A DNA stretch of 64,000 nucleotides from an uncultured Christensenellaceae bacterium (GTDB lineage: Bacteria; Bacillota; Clostridia; Christensenellales; SZUA-584), in NCBI GenBank assembly GCA_964441275.1, contig CAYTUG010000001.1:80532-144531 (forward strand), read 5' to 3'. Position 1 is the first letter of the stretch. Each line of letters opens with the position of its first letter. The position numbers and the translations under genes were made by a program. This document shows, piece by piece, positions 37,206 to 46,595 of this stretch. Below the pieces are notes generated by a model. That model saw nothing but the letters and a program-made list of their open reading frames with translations. It was not told the DNA's origin and searched no databases.

Positions 37206-37972
37206 CCGCTCTTTTTGACACGCATGCGCATATACTCGACAGCCGGTTTGATTGCGATCGTGAAAAACTGCTCGATAGCCTTCCAAAACTCGGTTTAATA
37301 GGTTTTATCGAGGCGGGCACAACCATTGAAGATTCCGAAAAGGCGGCGGAACTTTCTTCGCGCGTTGATTATGTGCATGCGGCGGTGGGCATACATCCGC
37401 ACGAAGTCAAAAATGCACCGAATGATTATCTGCAAAAATTATGTGCGTTAGCCCAAACCAAAAAGGTTGTCGCAATAGGCGAGATAGGGCTTGATTACCA
37501 TTACGACTTTTCTCCCCGCATACAGCAGCAGAAAGTGTTTTCGCAGCAGCTTGAATTAAGCGAAAAGCTCGGCCTTCCTGTAATAGTGCACATGCGGCAA
37601 GCCACTCAAGACACATTATCAATACTGAACGAACATAAAAAAGTGCGCGGGGTTATGCATTGCTATTCCGGTAGCGCACAAACTGCAAAATTGCTGCTTG
37701 AAATGGGATTTTACATTTCGTTTGCCGGCGCGGTTACATTCAAGAACGCAAAAAAATTAATCGAAGCCGCCGCCGCTGTTCCTCTTGATAGGCTTATGGC
37801 GGAGACGGATTGTCCGTATCTTGCGCCCGAACCTTTGCGCGGCCGGCGCAACAATCCTTATAACGTCCGCTATGTTCTGCAAAAGTTAGCGGAAATTAAG
37901 AATATCCCCTTCGAACAAATGTGCGAAATAAACATTAACAATGCCAAAGGACTGTTTAACTTAAATGACTGA
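37202..37972 (+). CDS. TatD family metal-dependent hydrolase
   Basis: ATGA overlap with the metG stop. FDTHAHI, IGEIGLDY, VIVHMR, HCYSG, ETDCPYL. Confidence 0.9.
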   Translation: MTALFDTHAHILDSRFDCDREKLLDSLPKLGLIGFIEAGTTIEDSEKAAELSSRVDYVHAAVGIHPHEVKNAPNDYLQKLCALAQTKKVVAIGEIGLDYHYDFSPRIQQQKVFSQQLELSEKLGLPVIVHMRQATQDTLSILNEHKKVRGVMHCYSGSAQTAKLLLEMGFYISFAGAVTFKNAKKLIEAAAAVPLDRLMAETDCPYLAPEPLRGRRNNPYNVRYVLQKLAEIKNIPFEQMCEININNAKGLFNLND

Positions 37973-38558
37973 CACTTATATCTATATGTTATCCGATGCA
38001 ATATACATCAATTTAACCAACAGGTGCACAAACGACTGTACGTTTTGCGTCAGAAACGAATATAACGGCGTTGGCGGGTATGATTTGCGGCTTAATAGAG
38101 AACCTGAGGCAATAGACATAATTAACGAGCTTGAGAAGCTGCCGAGCGTTGAAAAAGCGGTTTTTTGCGGGCTGGGGGAGCCTACAATGCGCATAAACGT
38201 ACTCATAGAGGTTGCAAAATATTTAAAATCCCGCGGGGCGCACATACGCCTTAACACCAACGGACAAGGCAGTGCCTGCGCAGGCGAAAATATCGTCCCT
38301 AAGCTTGCCGGCCTTATTGACGTGGTGTCGGTTAGCCTAAATGCATCGTGTGCGCAAAAATATCAGCTTATCTGCCGCAGTTCTTTTGGCGAGAAAGCTT
38401 ATTCGCATATGCTTGATTTTGCAAAGAGTTGTGTATTGCATGGCATTGAAACTGTTATGAGCGTGGTCGATATAATAGGCCGGGAAGACATAGAGAAATG
38501 CAGGCATATTGCGCAAGATATCGGCGCCCAGTTGCGCATCAGAAAATATATTAAATAA
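37965..38558 (+). CDS. Radical SAM protein (TatD-associated type)
   Basis: 8-nt overlap with tatD. The CX3CX2C motif is NRCTNDCTFCVR, followed by GLGEPT. The small size and position after tatD match the family I recall as TatD-associated radical SAM. Confidence 0.75.
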   Translation: MTDTYIYMLSDAIYINLTNRCTNDCTFCVRNEYNGVGGYDLRLNREPEAIDIINELEKLPSVEKAVFCGLGEPTMRINVLIEVAKYLKSRGAHIRLNTNGQGSACAGENIVPKLAGLIDVVSVSLNASCAQKYQLICRSSFGEKAYSHMLDFAKSCVLHGIETVMSVVDIIGREDIEKCRHIAQDIGAQLRIRKYIK

Positions 38559-38584
38559 ATCTCTCATATTACCTAAATTCTATC

Positions 38585-38635
38585 TTGACACTACATATTG
38601 TATTGCTTATAATTACTGTGTACAATAATTAGTGA
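38585..38635 (+). promoter_or_regulatory. nrdD promoter (TTGACA - 17 nt - TATAAT) overlapped by two NrdR boxes
   Basis: TTGACA at 38585-38590 and TATAAT at 38608-38613. Box 1, ACACTACATATTGTAT (38588-38603), matches the acaCwAtATaTwGtgt consensus at 14/16. Box 2, GTACAATAATTAGTGA (38620-38635), matches at 11/16. The boxes are 32 bp apart, which is the usual tandem spacing. Confidence 0.6.
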
Positions 38636-38713
38636 ATTTTAATTATTTAAGTTTTCCTTGTCGGAAACCCTTTTTTAATAAAGGAAGTTTATTTTAAGGT
38701 ATAGGGGGGCACC

Positions 38714-40801
38714 ATGTTTACTGTTATTCTCAAACGAAGCGGACAAAAAGAAACCTTTCAGCCTAAAAAAATTACCAACGCTATTTTTAAGGCGGCAATT
38801 GCCGTAGGAGGCGATGATTATCGTACTGCGGAGCTGTTAACCGATCAGGTTATCGATATAGCGCGCATAACTTATGGGGATCGTATACCCGAAGTTGAAG
38901 ACATCCAGGATATCGTAGAGCGCGTTCTTATTAAAAACGGGCATGCTAAAACGGCTAAGGCATACATCCTTTATCGCGAAAAGCGCAAAAGCGCGAGGGA
39001 ATCCAACGCGCTTATAGGCGCCACTATCGATATGTTTTCCAACTACCTTTCCGACAAAGACTGGAATATAAGAGAAAACGCAAACACTCAAAGGAGCGTT
39101 AACGGGTTAAACAACTATATCCGCGAAGCGTTTACAAAAAAATATTGGCTGCACGAGATATACCCTAAGGAAGTGCGGGATGCGCACACAAACGGCGATT
39201 GCCACATACATGACCTTGGTTTTTTCGGTCCGTACTGCGCCGGTTGGGATTTGCATCAGCTTTTGCTCCAGGGGTTTGGAGGAATTCCGGGCAAAGTTGA
39301 AAGCAAGCCTGCAAAACATCTGCGTTCGTTCTTAGGTCAAATTGTCAATTCAACATTTACAACCCAGGGCGAAACCGCAGGTGCGCAGGCATGGTCAAGT
39401 TTCGATACATATTGCGCGCCGTTTATAAGAAACGACAATATGACATTCGGACAAATAAAACAATGCCTGCAGGAGTTTATTTTTAACATAAACGTTCCTA
39501 CCCGCGTTGGTTTTCAGTGCCCTTTTTCCAACTTAACTTTTGATATAAAAGTGCCGAAGATGTTGCGTGACCGCCCCGTTATAATAGGGGGTGAAAGCCG
39601 GCAAACCACATATGGCGACTATCAGCACGAAATGGACATATTCAATCTTGCATTTTGTGAAGTGATGCTTGAAGGCGATGCAAAGGGGCGGGTTTTCACA
39701 TTTCCTATCCCCACCATCAACATCACAAAAGATTTTGATTGGGACAGCCCGGTTGTCGATAAATTTATGCAAATTACATGTAAATACGGCATACCGTATT
39801 TCGCTAACTACATAAACTCTGATCTTTCACCCGAAGATGCGGTTTCAATGTGCTGCCGTCTGCGCCTTGACGTTACGGAATTGCGAAAACGAGGCGGAGG
39901 GCTTTTCGGCTCTAACCCGCTTACCGGCTCAATCGGCGTGGTCACAATTAACCTGCCGCGCATCGGCTACCTGTCACGTACCCAAGACGAGTTCTTCTCG
40001 CGGCTTAAAACAATGGCGCATATAGGCAAAACATCGCTTGAAATAAAGCGCAAAATTATTGAACAGCAAACCGAAAAGGGCCTGTACCCTTATTCCGCCG
40101 TATACCTGAAAGACGTAAAAGCCCGCTCCGGTTCATACTGGTATAACCATTTTAACACTATTGGCATAATAGGGATGCACGAGGCGCTGCTTAACTTCCT
40201 CGGCAAAGGTGTGGAGACTGCCGAGGGCAATGCATTCGCGATACGCGTAATGAATTTTCTGCGCTCCCTTATGCAGGATTTTCAAAAAGAAACCGGGCAT
40301 TCATATAACCTTGAAGCTACCCCTGCCGAAGGTACAAGCTACCGTTTGGCAAAGCTTGATAAAGAGCGCTATCTCGACATAATTACATCCGGTCAGGACG
40401 TGCCTTACTACGTTAACTCTTCACAGCTTCCGGTCGGCTTTACCGATGATATAATTGAGATGATAGACCTTCAAGATAAACTACAGTCCCTCTATACAGG
40501 AGGCACCGTTCAGCACCTATATTTAGGAGAACGCATAGAAGATATACAAATTGCCAAACAGCTGATCCGGAAAATCTTTACAAACTACAACATGCCTTAC
40601 ATTTCATTAACGCCAACCTTTAGCGTATGTGAAACGCACGGGTATCTTGCAGGAGAACAGTTTGAATGCCCGTATTGCAAAAAAGTTACGGAAGTATGGA
40701 GCCGCGTTGTCGGCTACCTGCGGCCAATACAAAACTATAACGACGGCAAAAAAGAAGAATACAAAGAAAGAGTCAAATTTGTCGTCCCAACGGCCATGTG
40801 A
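38714..40801 (+). CDS. nrdD: Anaerobic ribonucleoside-triphosphate reductase (class III) with ATP-cone
   Basis: N-terminal ATP-cone (VILKRSGQKETFQPKKI). The C-terminal zinc site is CETHGY...CPYC. The glycyl-radical tail is RVVGYLRP. Confidence 0.93.
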   Translation: MFTVILKRSGQKETFQPKKITNAIFKAAIAVGGDDYRTAELLTDQVIDIARITYGDRIPEVEDIQDIVERVLIKNGHAKTAKAYILYREKRKSARESNALIGATIDMFSNYLSDKDWNIRENANTQRSVNGLNNYIREAFTKKYWLHEIYPKEVRDAHTNGDCHIHDLGFFGPYCAGWDLHQLLLQGFGGIPGKVESKPAKHLRSFLGQIVNSTFTTQGETAGAQAWSSFDTYCAPFIRNDNMTFGQIKQCLQEFIFNINVPTRVGFQCPFSNLTFDIKVPKMLRDRPVIIGGESRQTTYGDYQHEMDIFNLAFCEVMLEGDAKGRVFTFPIPTINITKDFDWDSPVVDKFMQITCKYGIPYFANYINSDLSPEDAVSMCCRLRLDVTELRKRGGGLFGSNPLTGSIGVVTINLPRIGYLSRTQDEFFSRLKTMAHIGKTSLEIKRKIIEQQTEKGLYPYSAVYLKDVKARSGSYWYNHFNTIGIIGMHEALLNFLGKGVETAEGNAFAIRVMNFLRSLMQDFQKETGHSYNLEATPAEGTSYRLAKLDKERYLDIITSGQDVPYYVNSSQLPVGFTDDIIEMIDLQDKLQSLYTGGTVQHLYLGERIEDIQIAKQLIRKIFTNYNMPYISLTPTFSVCETHGYLAGEQFECPYCKKVTEVWSRVVGYLRPIQNYNDGKKEEYKERVKFVVPTAM

Positions 40802-41475
40802 TAAAAATGCAGATTGCTGGTTTTGTTAAAAACTCATTTATCGACTATCCCGGCATTATTGCCGCCGTGGTGTTCGTGCCCGGATGCAATATGGACTGCT
40901 GGTATTGCCATAATAAGCATATCTGGGACGCAGCCAAGCTTCTCGATCAAAAAGAAATATTAAACTTTTTGCAAAAGAGAGCGGGCTTTATTGACGGTGT
41001 GGTAATATCGGGAGGCGAGCCTACCCTTCAGCCGAACCTTTTGCCTTTTATTAAAAACGTCAAGCAATACGGCTACCTTGTCAAACTGGACACGAACGGT
41101 TTGCTGCCGGAAATTGTAGAACAAGCTTTATCGTATATTGATTATATCTCTCTTGATATTAAAGCGCCGCCAAACTGCATATCCAAGGTGGTGTCTTTTG
41201 ATTTAGACGATTTCCCCATTTGGCAGACAGCCGATTTGTTGCTTTCGGGAGTAATCGATTACGAGTTTCGAACAACTTTTATGCCGCTTTTAGATGTTTC
41301 TGATATAAAATCGATAGCGCAGCGCTTGCAGGGTGCAAAAAAATATGTGCTGCAGCAATACCGCAAACCGGAGAGTATCAGCCTACAGCCCGAACCGCAT
41401 TCGGCTAACACAGTTAAAGAAGCAGGCAAAGCCGCCTCCGCGTACATAAAACAGGTTCAGATCAGGGGGCTTTAG
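40798..41475 (+). CDS. nrdG: Anaerobic RNR activating protein (radical SAM)
   Basis: It starts at GTG 40798, overlapping the nrdD stop, or at ATG 40807. The CX3CX2C motif is GCNMDCWYCHN, followed by VVISGGEPTL. Confidence 0.88.
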   Translation: MIKMQIAGFVKNSFIDYPGIIAAVVFVPGCNMDCWYCHNKHIWDAAKLLDQKEILNFLQKRAGFIDGVVISGGEPTLQPNLLPFIKNVKQYGYLVKLDTNGLLPEIVEQALSYIDYISLDIKAPPNCISKVVSFDLDDFPIWQTADLLLSGVIDYEFRTTFMPLLDVSDIKSIAQRLQGAKKYVLQQYRKPESISLQPEPHSANTVKEAGKAASAYIKQVQIRGL

Positions 41476-41809
41476 TCAATTGCTCTTGGGTAGCCGGCGT
41501 TAAAATAGTATCCCTTAATTCTTCCGCGCCTTTGTTTAGCCTTTCCGCCCATGGGCTTTCCCAAAGGCCGTATGCCGTGCCGGCTAATATAACTGCAAGC
41601 GCAATAATCGCCAAAATTTTTAGAAATCCGGGTACCAGTTTCCATATCAAGCCAAACCCCAAGAAAAAAAGCACAACCGCGCCTATAATTATTGCCCAGC
41701 CGGGCAATACGCCTGCGTATCCTTCAACTTTGTCCCACAACGGTGCACAGGCCGCCAACACCCCGGCACAAGCAATTGCGGCCAACAATACTAAAAATAA
41801 TTTTTTCAT
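41462..41809 (-). CDS. Hypothetical membrane protein / lipoprotein
   Basis: Signal peptide with Cys (LLAAIACAGVLAAC) and two further TM helices. Its 3' end overlaps convergent nrdG by 14 nt. Confidence 0.6.
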   Translation of the reverse strand: MKKLFLVLLAAIACAGVLAACAPLWDKVEGYAGVLPGWAIIIGAVVLFFLGFGLIWKLVPGFLKILAIIALAVILAGTAYGLWESPWAERLNKGAEELRDTILTPATQEQLTKAP

Positions 41810-41948
41810 GATAATATCCTTATTCTTTATTAATGGATATTATCACGAAATATGTAAACGGTAAAGAAAAAACAGCATATTTATCAGACTGTCTAAATTG
41901 CAAGTTTAAAATTTGGGTTGCAAGTGCTAAAATATATTGGGGGAAGAT

Positions 41949-42791
41949 ATGCTTATTGCAAAACATACATACGATTACAGCTTGTTAGATTCGGGCGGCG
42001 GCGAAAAACTTGAGAAAATTGGCGATATTACGCTTCAGCGGCCGGAGCCGCAGGCAATATGGGAACGCACAAACCCTCAGCTTTGGCACCCCCACGCTAT
42101 ATTCGACAAAGAAAAAAGCGGCGGTTGGCGGTTTGTAAAAAAGACGCCGCAGAGCTGGCCTGTCTCTTTCGGGTGCTTTAATATGATTATCCGCCCTACC
42201 GTTTCCAAACACATAGGCGTTTTTCCGGAACAAGCAGTTAACTGGGAATACATATCAAGCCAAATACGCAATTCTTCCCGCTCCATAAAAATGCTAAATC
42301 TTTTTGCCTATACCGGAGGCGCAACTTTAGCCGCGCTCTCTGCCGGCGCCTTTGTTGTACATGTGGACGCGGCTAAAAGCATAAACGGATGGGCGAAGGA
42401 AAACGCAAGCCTTTCTGGGCTGTCCGGCGCCCCTGTGCGCTTCATAGCGGACGATTGCAAAAAATTCGTCAGCCGTGAGCTGCGGCGGGGCAGCAAATAC
42501 GATGCAATAATTATTGACCCGCCTTCATACGGCAAAAGCGGAAACAGCGTCTGGAAAATCGAAGACGATCTGTTTTCGCTCGTTGGCAACTGCGCATCCC
42601 TGCTGTCGGGCAACCCTTTGTTTTTCATAATTAACTCTTACACAACAGGCTTATCAAGCGTTGTTTCCCGAAACATACTTTCGTTGTGTTTAGGCAAACA
42701 AGGCAGAATTATTGCCGATACTTTGGTCATTCCGCAGAAAGATTCCGATGTGTTCCTGCCTTGCGGCACAACTGCAAGGTGGCAGCCGTGA
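41949..42791 (+). CDS. Class I SAM-dependent methyltransferase (RlmI/YwbD-like core)
   Basis: LNLFAYTGGATLAAL (motif I) and IIIDPPSYG (motif IV). The upstream part is PUA-less. Confidence 0.75.
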   Translation: MLIAKHTYDYSLLDSGGGEKLEKIGDITLQRPEPQAIWERTNPQLWHPHAIFDKEKSGGWRFVKKTPQSWPVSFGCFNMIIRPTVSKHIGVFPEQAVNWEYISSQIRNSSRSIKMLNLFAYTGGATLAALSAGAFVVHVDAAKSINGWAKENASLSGLSGAPVRFIADDCKKFVSRELRRGSKYDAIIIDPPSYGKSGNSVWKIEDDLFSLVGNCASLLSGNPLFFIINSYTTGLSSVVSRNILSLCLGKQGRIIADTLVIPQKDSDVFLPCGTTARWQP

Positions 42792-43444
42792 ACGTTCTGT
42801 ATGAGGATAACCACCTGCTTGTGGTCGTAAAGCCTTATAACGTTCTCTCCCAGGCGGATGCGTCGGGCGATTGTGACATGCTCAGTATGTGCAAGCAATA
42901 TATAGCAAAAAAATATTCCAAGCCGGGCAACGTATATTTAGGGCTCGTGCACAGGCTTGATAGGCCGACGGGGGGCGTTATGTTGTTTGCGCGCACGTCA
43001 AAGGCCGCATCGCGCATAAGCGCGCAAATACGCCAAGGCAGCTTTGAAAAAACATACCTTTGCGTTTTAACGAGCCCTCCGCCGCAAAATTGCGGTACAT
43101 TGCGGCATCATCTTGTTAAAGACAAAAAAGCGCGTATCTCACGCGTATCAGATTCGAGCGACGCAAAAGAAAGCGAACTTTCATACACCGTGCTGTCTAA
43201 AAGCAAAGAATATTACCTTGTTCAAGTCTTTCTTAAAACCGGCCGTTTTCACCAAATACGTTCGCAGTTTGCGGCTGTTGGCGCACCGATTTATGGCGAC
43301 CAAAAGTATAACCGGGATGCGAAAATTTCTCCCCTTGCACTATACTCGCACAAGCTTTGTTTTTCCCACCCCACCACCAAAGACCGGCTTTGCTTTTCGT
43401 CAAATCCAACCTTATTTCCCTTTACGCTTTTTGACATCACATAA
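42788..43444 (+). CDS. RluA-family pseudouridine synthase (no S4 domain)
   Basis: GTG start in a GTGA overlap with the preceding stop. LYEDNHLLVVVKPYNVLSQ and the catalytic HRLDRPTGGVMLFART; ...HQIRSQFA. Confidence 0.82.
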   Translation: MNVLYEDNHLLVVVKPYNVLSQADASGDCDMLSMCKQYIAKKYSKPGNVYLGLVHRLDRPTGGVMLFARTSKAASRISAQIRQGSFEKTYLCVLTSPPPQNCGTLRHHLVKDKKARISRVSDSSDAKESELSYTVLSKSKEYYLVQVFLKTGRFHQIRSQFAAVGAPIYGDQKYNRDAKISPLALYSHKLCFSHPTTKDRLCFSSNPTLFPFTLFDIT

Positions 43445-43967
43445 AAAACAGCCGGCAAATCAGTACGCTTGCCAAAAGTCCGGATATTTCAGATAGTATC
43501 GCGGCCGGGATTACATACCGCGTTTTTTTTATGCCGATGCTTCCAAAATATAAAGTAGTGGTATAAAACAGCGTCTCAGACGAACCCATAAGAGTACTTG
43601 CGCTTCGCCCTATAAAGCTGTCGGGTCCGTAGCTTTCTAATATCGTGGTCAAAGCGGCGACCGATGCGCTTCCTGAAAACGGGCGCAGCAAAAACAGGGG
43701 CAATATCTCAGCGGGTATGCCTGCGGGTTTTAATATAAATGATAAAGCCGAAACCAAAAAGTCTAAACAACCCGATGCGGTAAAAATGCGAATCGCAAAA
43801 ACAAAACCTATTACAAATGGCAGAATACGCACTACGGTACCAAACCCTTGTTTAGCGCCTTTTACAAAGGCTTCGTATACGGCAACCTTTTTTGCAAGCC
43901 CTAATACAACTATTATGCTGATAAAAAGCGGAACAAAAAGAGATGATATTAACGTTACCGTTTTCAT
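43437..43967 (-). CDS. spmB: Spore maturation protein B (nucleoside-recognition/Gate domain)
   Basis: 176-aa polytopic protein directly downstream of spmA with a 4-nt overlap. The pair is typical of the spmA-spmB operon. Confidence 0.8.
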   Translation of the reverse strand: MKTVTLISSLFVPLFISIIVVLGLAKKVAVYEAFVKGAKQGFGTVVRILPFVIGFVFAIRIFTASGCLDFLVSALSFILKPAGIPAEILPLFLLRPFSGSASVAALTTILESYGPDSFIGRSASTLMGSSETLFYTTTLYFGSIGIKKTRYVIPAAILSEISGLLASVLICRLFFM

Positions 43968-44542
43968 TTGCCCATCCTTTTAAATGCTTTCGCCGCAAGT
44001 ATGCCTACCGTAGTTGTAACAGATGTTGCGATAAGCGTAGTTAGAACTATTTCCGCCGGCGCTAAAGAACCCGAGGCGCTTCTAAGCGCAATTACAGTTA
44101 GAGGCAAAAGCTGCACGGACGATGCGTTCACAATAAGCAGCATACACATAGCATCGGTGGCGCGATTTTTGTCTGCGTTTAGCGCCTGGAGCGCTTTCAT
44201 TGCCTTGAGCCCGAAAGGCGTTGCCGCATTTCCCATCCCCAACATATTTGCCACAATGTTTAACGTTATATAGCCGCAAGCTTCCCCGTCAGGCTGTATG
44301 TCGGAAAACAACAGCTTAACAATTCTGCGCATCTTTCGTGCGAGAGCATAAATTAACCCGGCTTGCTTAGCAATGTTGAGCAGCCCTAACCACAAAGCGT
44401 AAACCCCGACAAGGCTAATGCAAAGCAAAGCCGATTCTTTCGCGCCGTCTATTGCGGCGCTTTCGATTGCTTTAAAATTTCCTGTTGCAATTCCAAATAA
44501 AGTGCTCGCTATAATCAATGCCGCCCAAATATAATTTATCAT
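43964..44542 (-). CDS. spmA: Spore maturation protein A
   Basis: MINYIWAALIIAS... is a polytopic Gate-domain protein. Order and overlap are as in spmAB. Confidence 0.8.
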   Translation of the reverse strand: MINYIWAALIIASTLFGIATGNFKAIESAAIDGAKESALLCISLVGVYALWLGLLNIAKQAGLIYALARKMRRIVKLLFSDIQPDGEACGYITLNIVANMLGMGNAATPFGLKAMKALQALNADKNRATDAMCMLLIVNASSVQLLPLTVIALRSASGSLAPAEIVLTTLIATSVTTTVGILAAKAFKRMGK

Positions 44543-44709
44543 CGATTCTCCCGTCAGAATAATGTATATTATTATAATATATATTCAATTGTAAATAGTT
44601 TATTAATACATCTGGATTTAGTTATTTTTTAGTTGACACGGCAATGGTTTAATTGTTATATTTTGATATATAGTAAATAAAAATCTAATTTATGTAGGGA
44701 GATTAAAAA

Positions 44710-44949
44710 ATGAAATCTACAGGTATCGTTAGAAAAGTCGACTCGCTTGGGCGCATTGTTTTACCTATCGAGCTACGCAGGGTTATGGGAATTGATATCA
44801 AAGATCCAATCGAAATCTTTGTTGACGACAGTCATATTGTGTTGGGCAAATATCAGCCTGCCTGTATATTCTGCGAAAATGTCAGCGGAGTAACAGAATT
44901 TAAAGGCGCCAAAGTTTGCGCCGAATGTTTACGCAAATTAGGCATGTAG
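44710..44949 (+). CDS. abrB: AbrB-family transition state regulator (SpoVT/AbrB swapped-hairpin domain)
   Basis: MKSTGIVRKVDSLGRIVLPIELRRVMGI is nearly identical to the AbrB N-terminal DNA-binding domain. The C-terminal part carries CIFC...CAEC. SD GGGAG. Confidence 0.9.
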   Translation: MKSTGIVRKVDSLGRIVLPIELRRVMGIDIKDPIEIFVDDSHIVLGKYQPACIFCENVSGVTEFKGAKVCAECLRKLGM

Positions 44950-44951
44950 CC

Positions 44952-45758
44952 TTATTGCAGCATAAGGCGGTATGCCTTGTTCTTATTTATACCAAACTTG
45001 ACAGACGCCGCATATGCGGCGTCTTTTTTTGTCATTCCGGCTTCAAGCAACCTTTTAATCTCTTCGATTATTTGTTCGTCGGTGACAGTTTCAATCTTTT
45101 TATTTTTTTCTACTACAATAACGTACTCGCCCTTTATGTTTTCGACAAACGTTTGTCTCGCTTTTTCAAGATTGCCGTAAAACACATATTCATAAATTTT
45201 TGTAAGCTCTTTAGCTATCACAACCTGTCTTTGCGCCCCGGCACTTTCGTACAGCTCCGCTAACGTTTGAGCAAGCGCATAAGGGCTTACATAGATTACA
45301 CAAGCAACGTCACAGCCTGCTATCCTTTTTATCTGCTCAAGCCTTTCCGCTCGCCTTTTAGATAAAAACCCTATGAAACAAAAAGGCGCGGTCATTCCGC
45401 TTAAAACAAATGCGCTTACAGCCGCGCATGCGCCGGGAACTGATGTTATTGGTATGCCTTTGTTTATTGCATTTTTGACCAACCGTAAACCCGGGTCGGA
45501 AATTAGCGGTGTTCCCGCATCTGAAACAAGCGCAACATTTGCCCCGCTTAATAAAGATTCGATAACCCGCTCTGTTTTATAATTGTCGCTGTGTTCGTGA
45601 AAACTCACAAGTTTAGTTTTTATCCCGTAGTGCGATAAAAGCTTTCGCGTATGCCTTGTATCTTCGGCGGCAATATAATCCGCCTCACGCAAAACCCGCA
45701 AGGCGCGCAGCGTAATATCTTCAAGGTTTCCAATAGGCGTAGCAACAATATAGAGCAT
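44952..45758 (-). CDS. rsmI: 16S rRNA (cytidine1402-2'-O)-methyltransferase
   Basis: MLYIVATPIGNLEDITLRALRVLREADYIAAEDTRHTRKLL; tetrapyrrole-methylase fold. Confidence 0.92.
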   Translation of the reverse strand: MLYIVATPIGNLEDITLRALRVLREADYIAAEDTRHTRKLLSHYGIKTKLVSFHEHSDNYKTERVIESLLSGANVALVSDAGTPLISDPGLRLVKNAINKGIPITSVPGACAAVSAFVLSGMTAPFCFIGFLSKRRAERLEQIKRIAGCDVACVIYVSPYALAQTLAELYESAGAQRQVVIAKELTKIYEYVFYGNLEKARQTFVENIKGEYVIVVEKNKKIETVTDEQIIEEIKRLLEAGMTKKDAAYAASVKFGINKNKAYRLMLQ

Positions 45759-45769
45759 AAACGTTCCTC

Positions 45770-46504
45770 TTAACAGCCATAAATCTTTTTTAGCATTTTA
45801 GTGTATACCCCGGGGCTTTCATACACCTCTAACATGGGCAAGAACCGAACACCTTGACCTGCGCCTTTCCGCCCCTCGATAAGCACAAAATTAGGCGCCT
45901 TCCCATGAAAAGAGGTTACAAACTGCATAATCTTGGGCTCAATTTTTGCATCTTTCATATGTACAATAAGCTCTGCGATCCGCGTTGCTGTATAAACCAT
46001 GCATAATCTTCCGCCGCTTCGCAACAATTTTGCCGCCGCGCAAACAACGTCTTCAAGCGTGCACGCTATCTCGCGCTTAGCTATGTTATGGTATTTATTT
46101 TCGTTTAGCGCGCCCGCTTGCGTTTTGATGTAAGGCGGGTTGGCAACCACCAAATCAACACCCTTATCAACATAATTATCCGCAATTTTTAAATCGCCGC
46201 ATACTATGGCTATTTTGTGGCAAAGAGCATTTAATTCAACGCTTCTTTGAGCCATCTGCGCAAGTTCTTCAACAACTTCAATGCCTGTAATATGAATCAT
46301 ATCCTGCCGCGCGCACAACAGCACAGGTATTATTCCGCAACCTGTTCCAAGGTCAACGACACGATCGCCTGCCCGGGCAGCGGCAAAGTGCGCTAACAAA
46401 ACCGCATCGGTCCCGAATGAAAAAAACTTTTTATTTTGAATGATAAAGAATCCGTTTTGCAGATCCTCTATTGTCTCCCCTTCTTTAAGCTGCGCGCATC
46501 TCAT
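45770..46504 (-). CDS. tRNA (adenine-N6)-methyltransferase, TrmN6/YfiC-like
   Basis: VVDLGTGCGIIP (SAM motif I) and VVANPPY (the NPPY catalytic motif). Confidence 0.8.
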   Translation of the reverse strand: MRCAQLKEGETIEDLQNGFFIIQNKKFFSFGTDAVLLAHFAAARAGDRVVDLGTGCGIIPVLLCARQDMIHITGIEVVEELAQMAQRSVELNALCHKIAIVCGDLKIADNYVDKGVDLVVANPPYIKTQAGALNENKYHNIAKREIACTLEDVVCAAAKLLRSGGRLCMVYTATRIAELIVHMKDAKIEPKIMQFVTSFHGKAPNFVLIEGRKGAGQGVRFLPMLEVYESPGVYTKMLKKIYGC

Positions 46505-46595
46505 CGATTGCCTCCGTCACAAAGAAAAATCTTTTTAAAACTTGCCGGCATATGGCCGAATGATTTTTAAAAGATATCCGCCGGCAAAGCAACGT

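Noticed and set aside
36530-37231. A 233-aa minus-strand ORF inside metG. Similar long antisense ORFs occur at 6791-7354, 24017-24463, 26147-26632, 28000-28488, 28528-28953 and 3454-3873.
   Set aside because: All lie antisense to genes with strong family motifs (metG, the Na/Pi transporter, rnfG, rnfB, mreB, the MCP). They are Ser/Pro/Ala-rich and lack SD sequences, so they are shadow ORFs.
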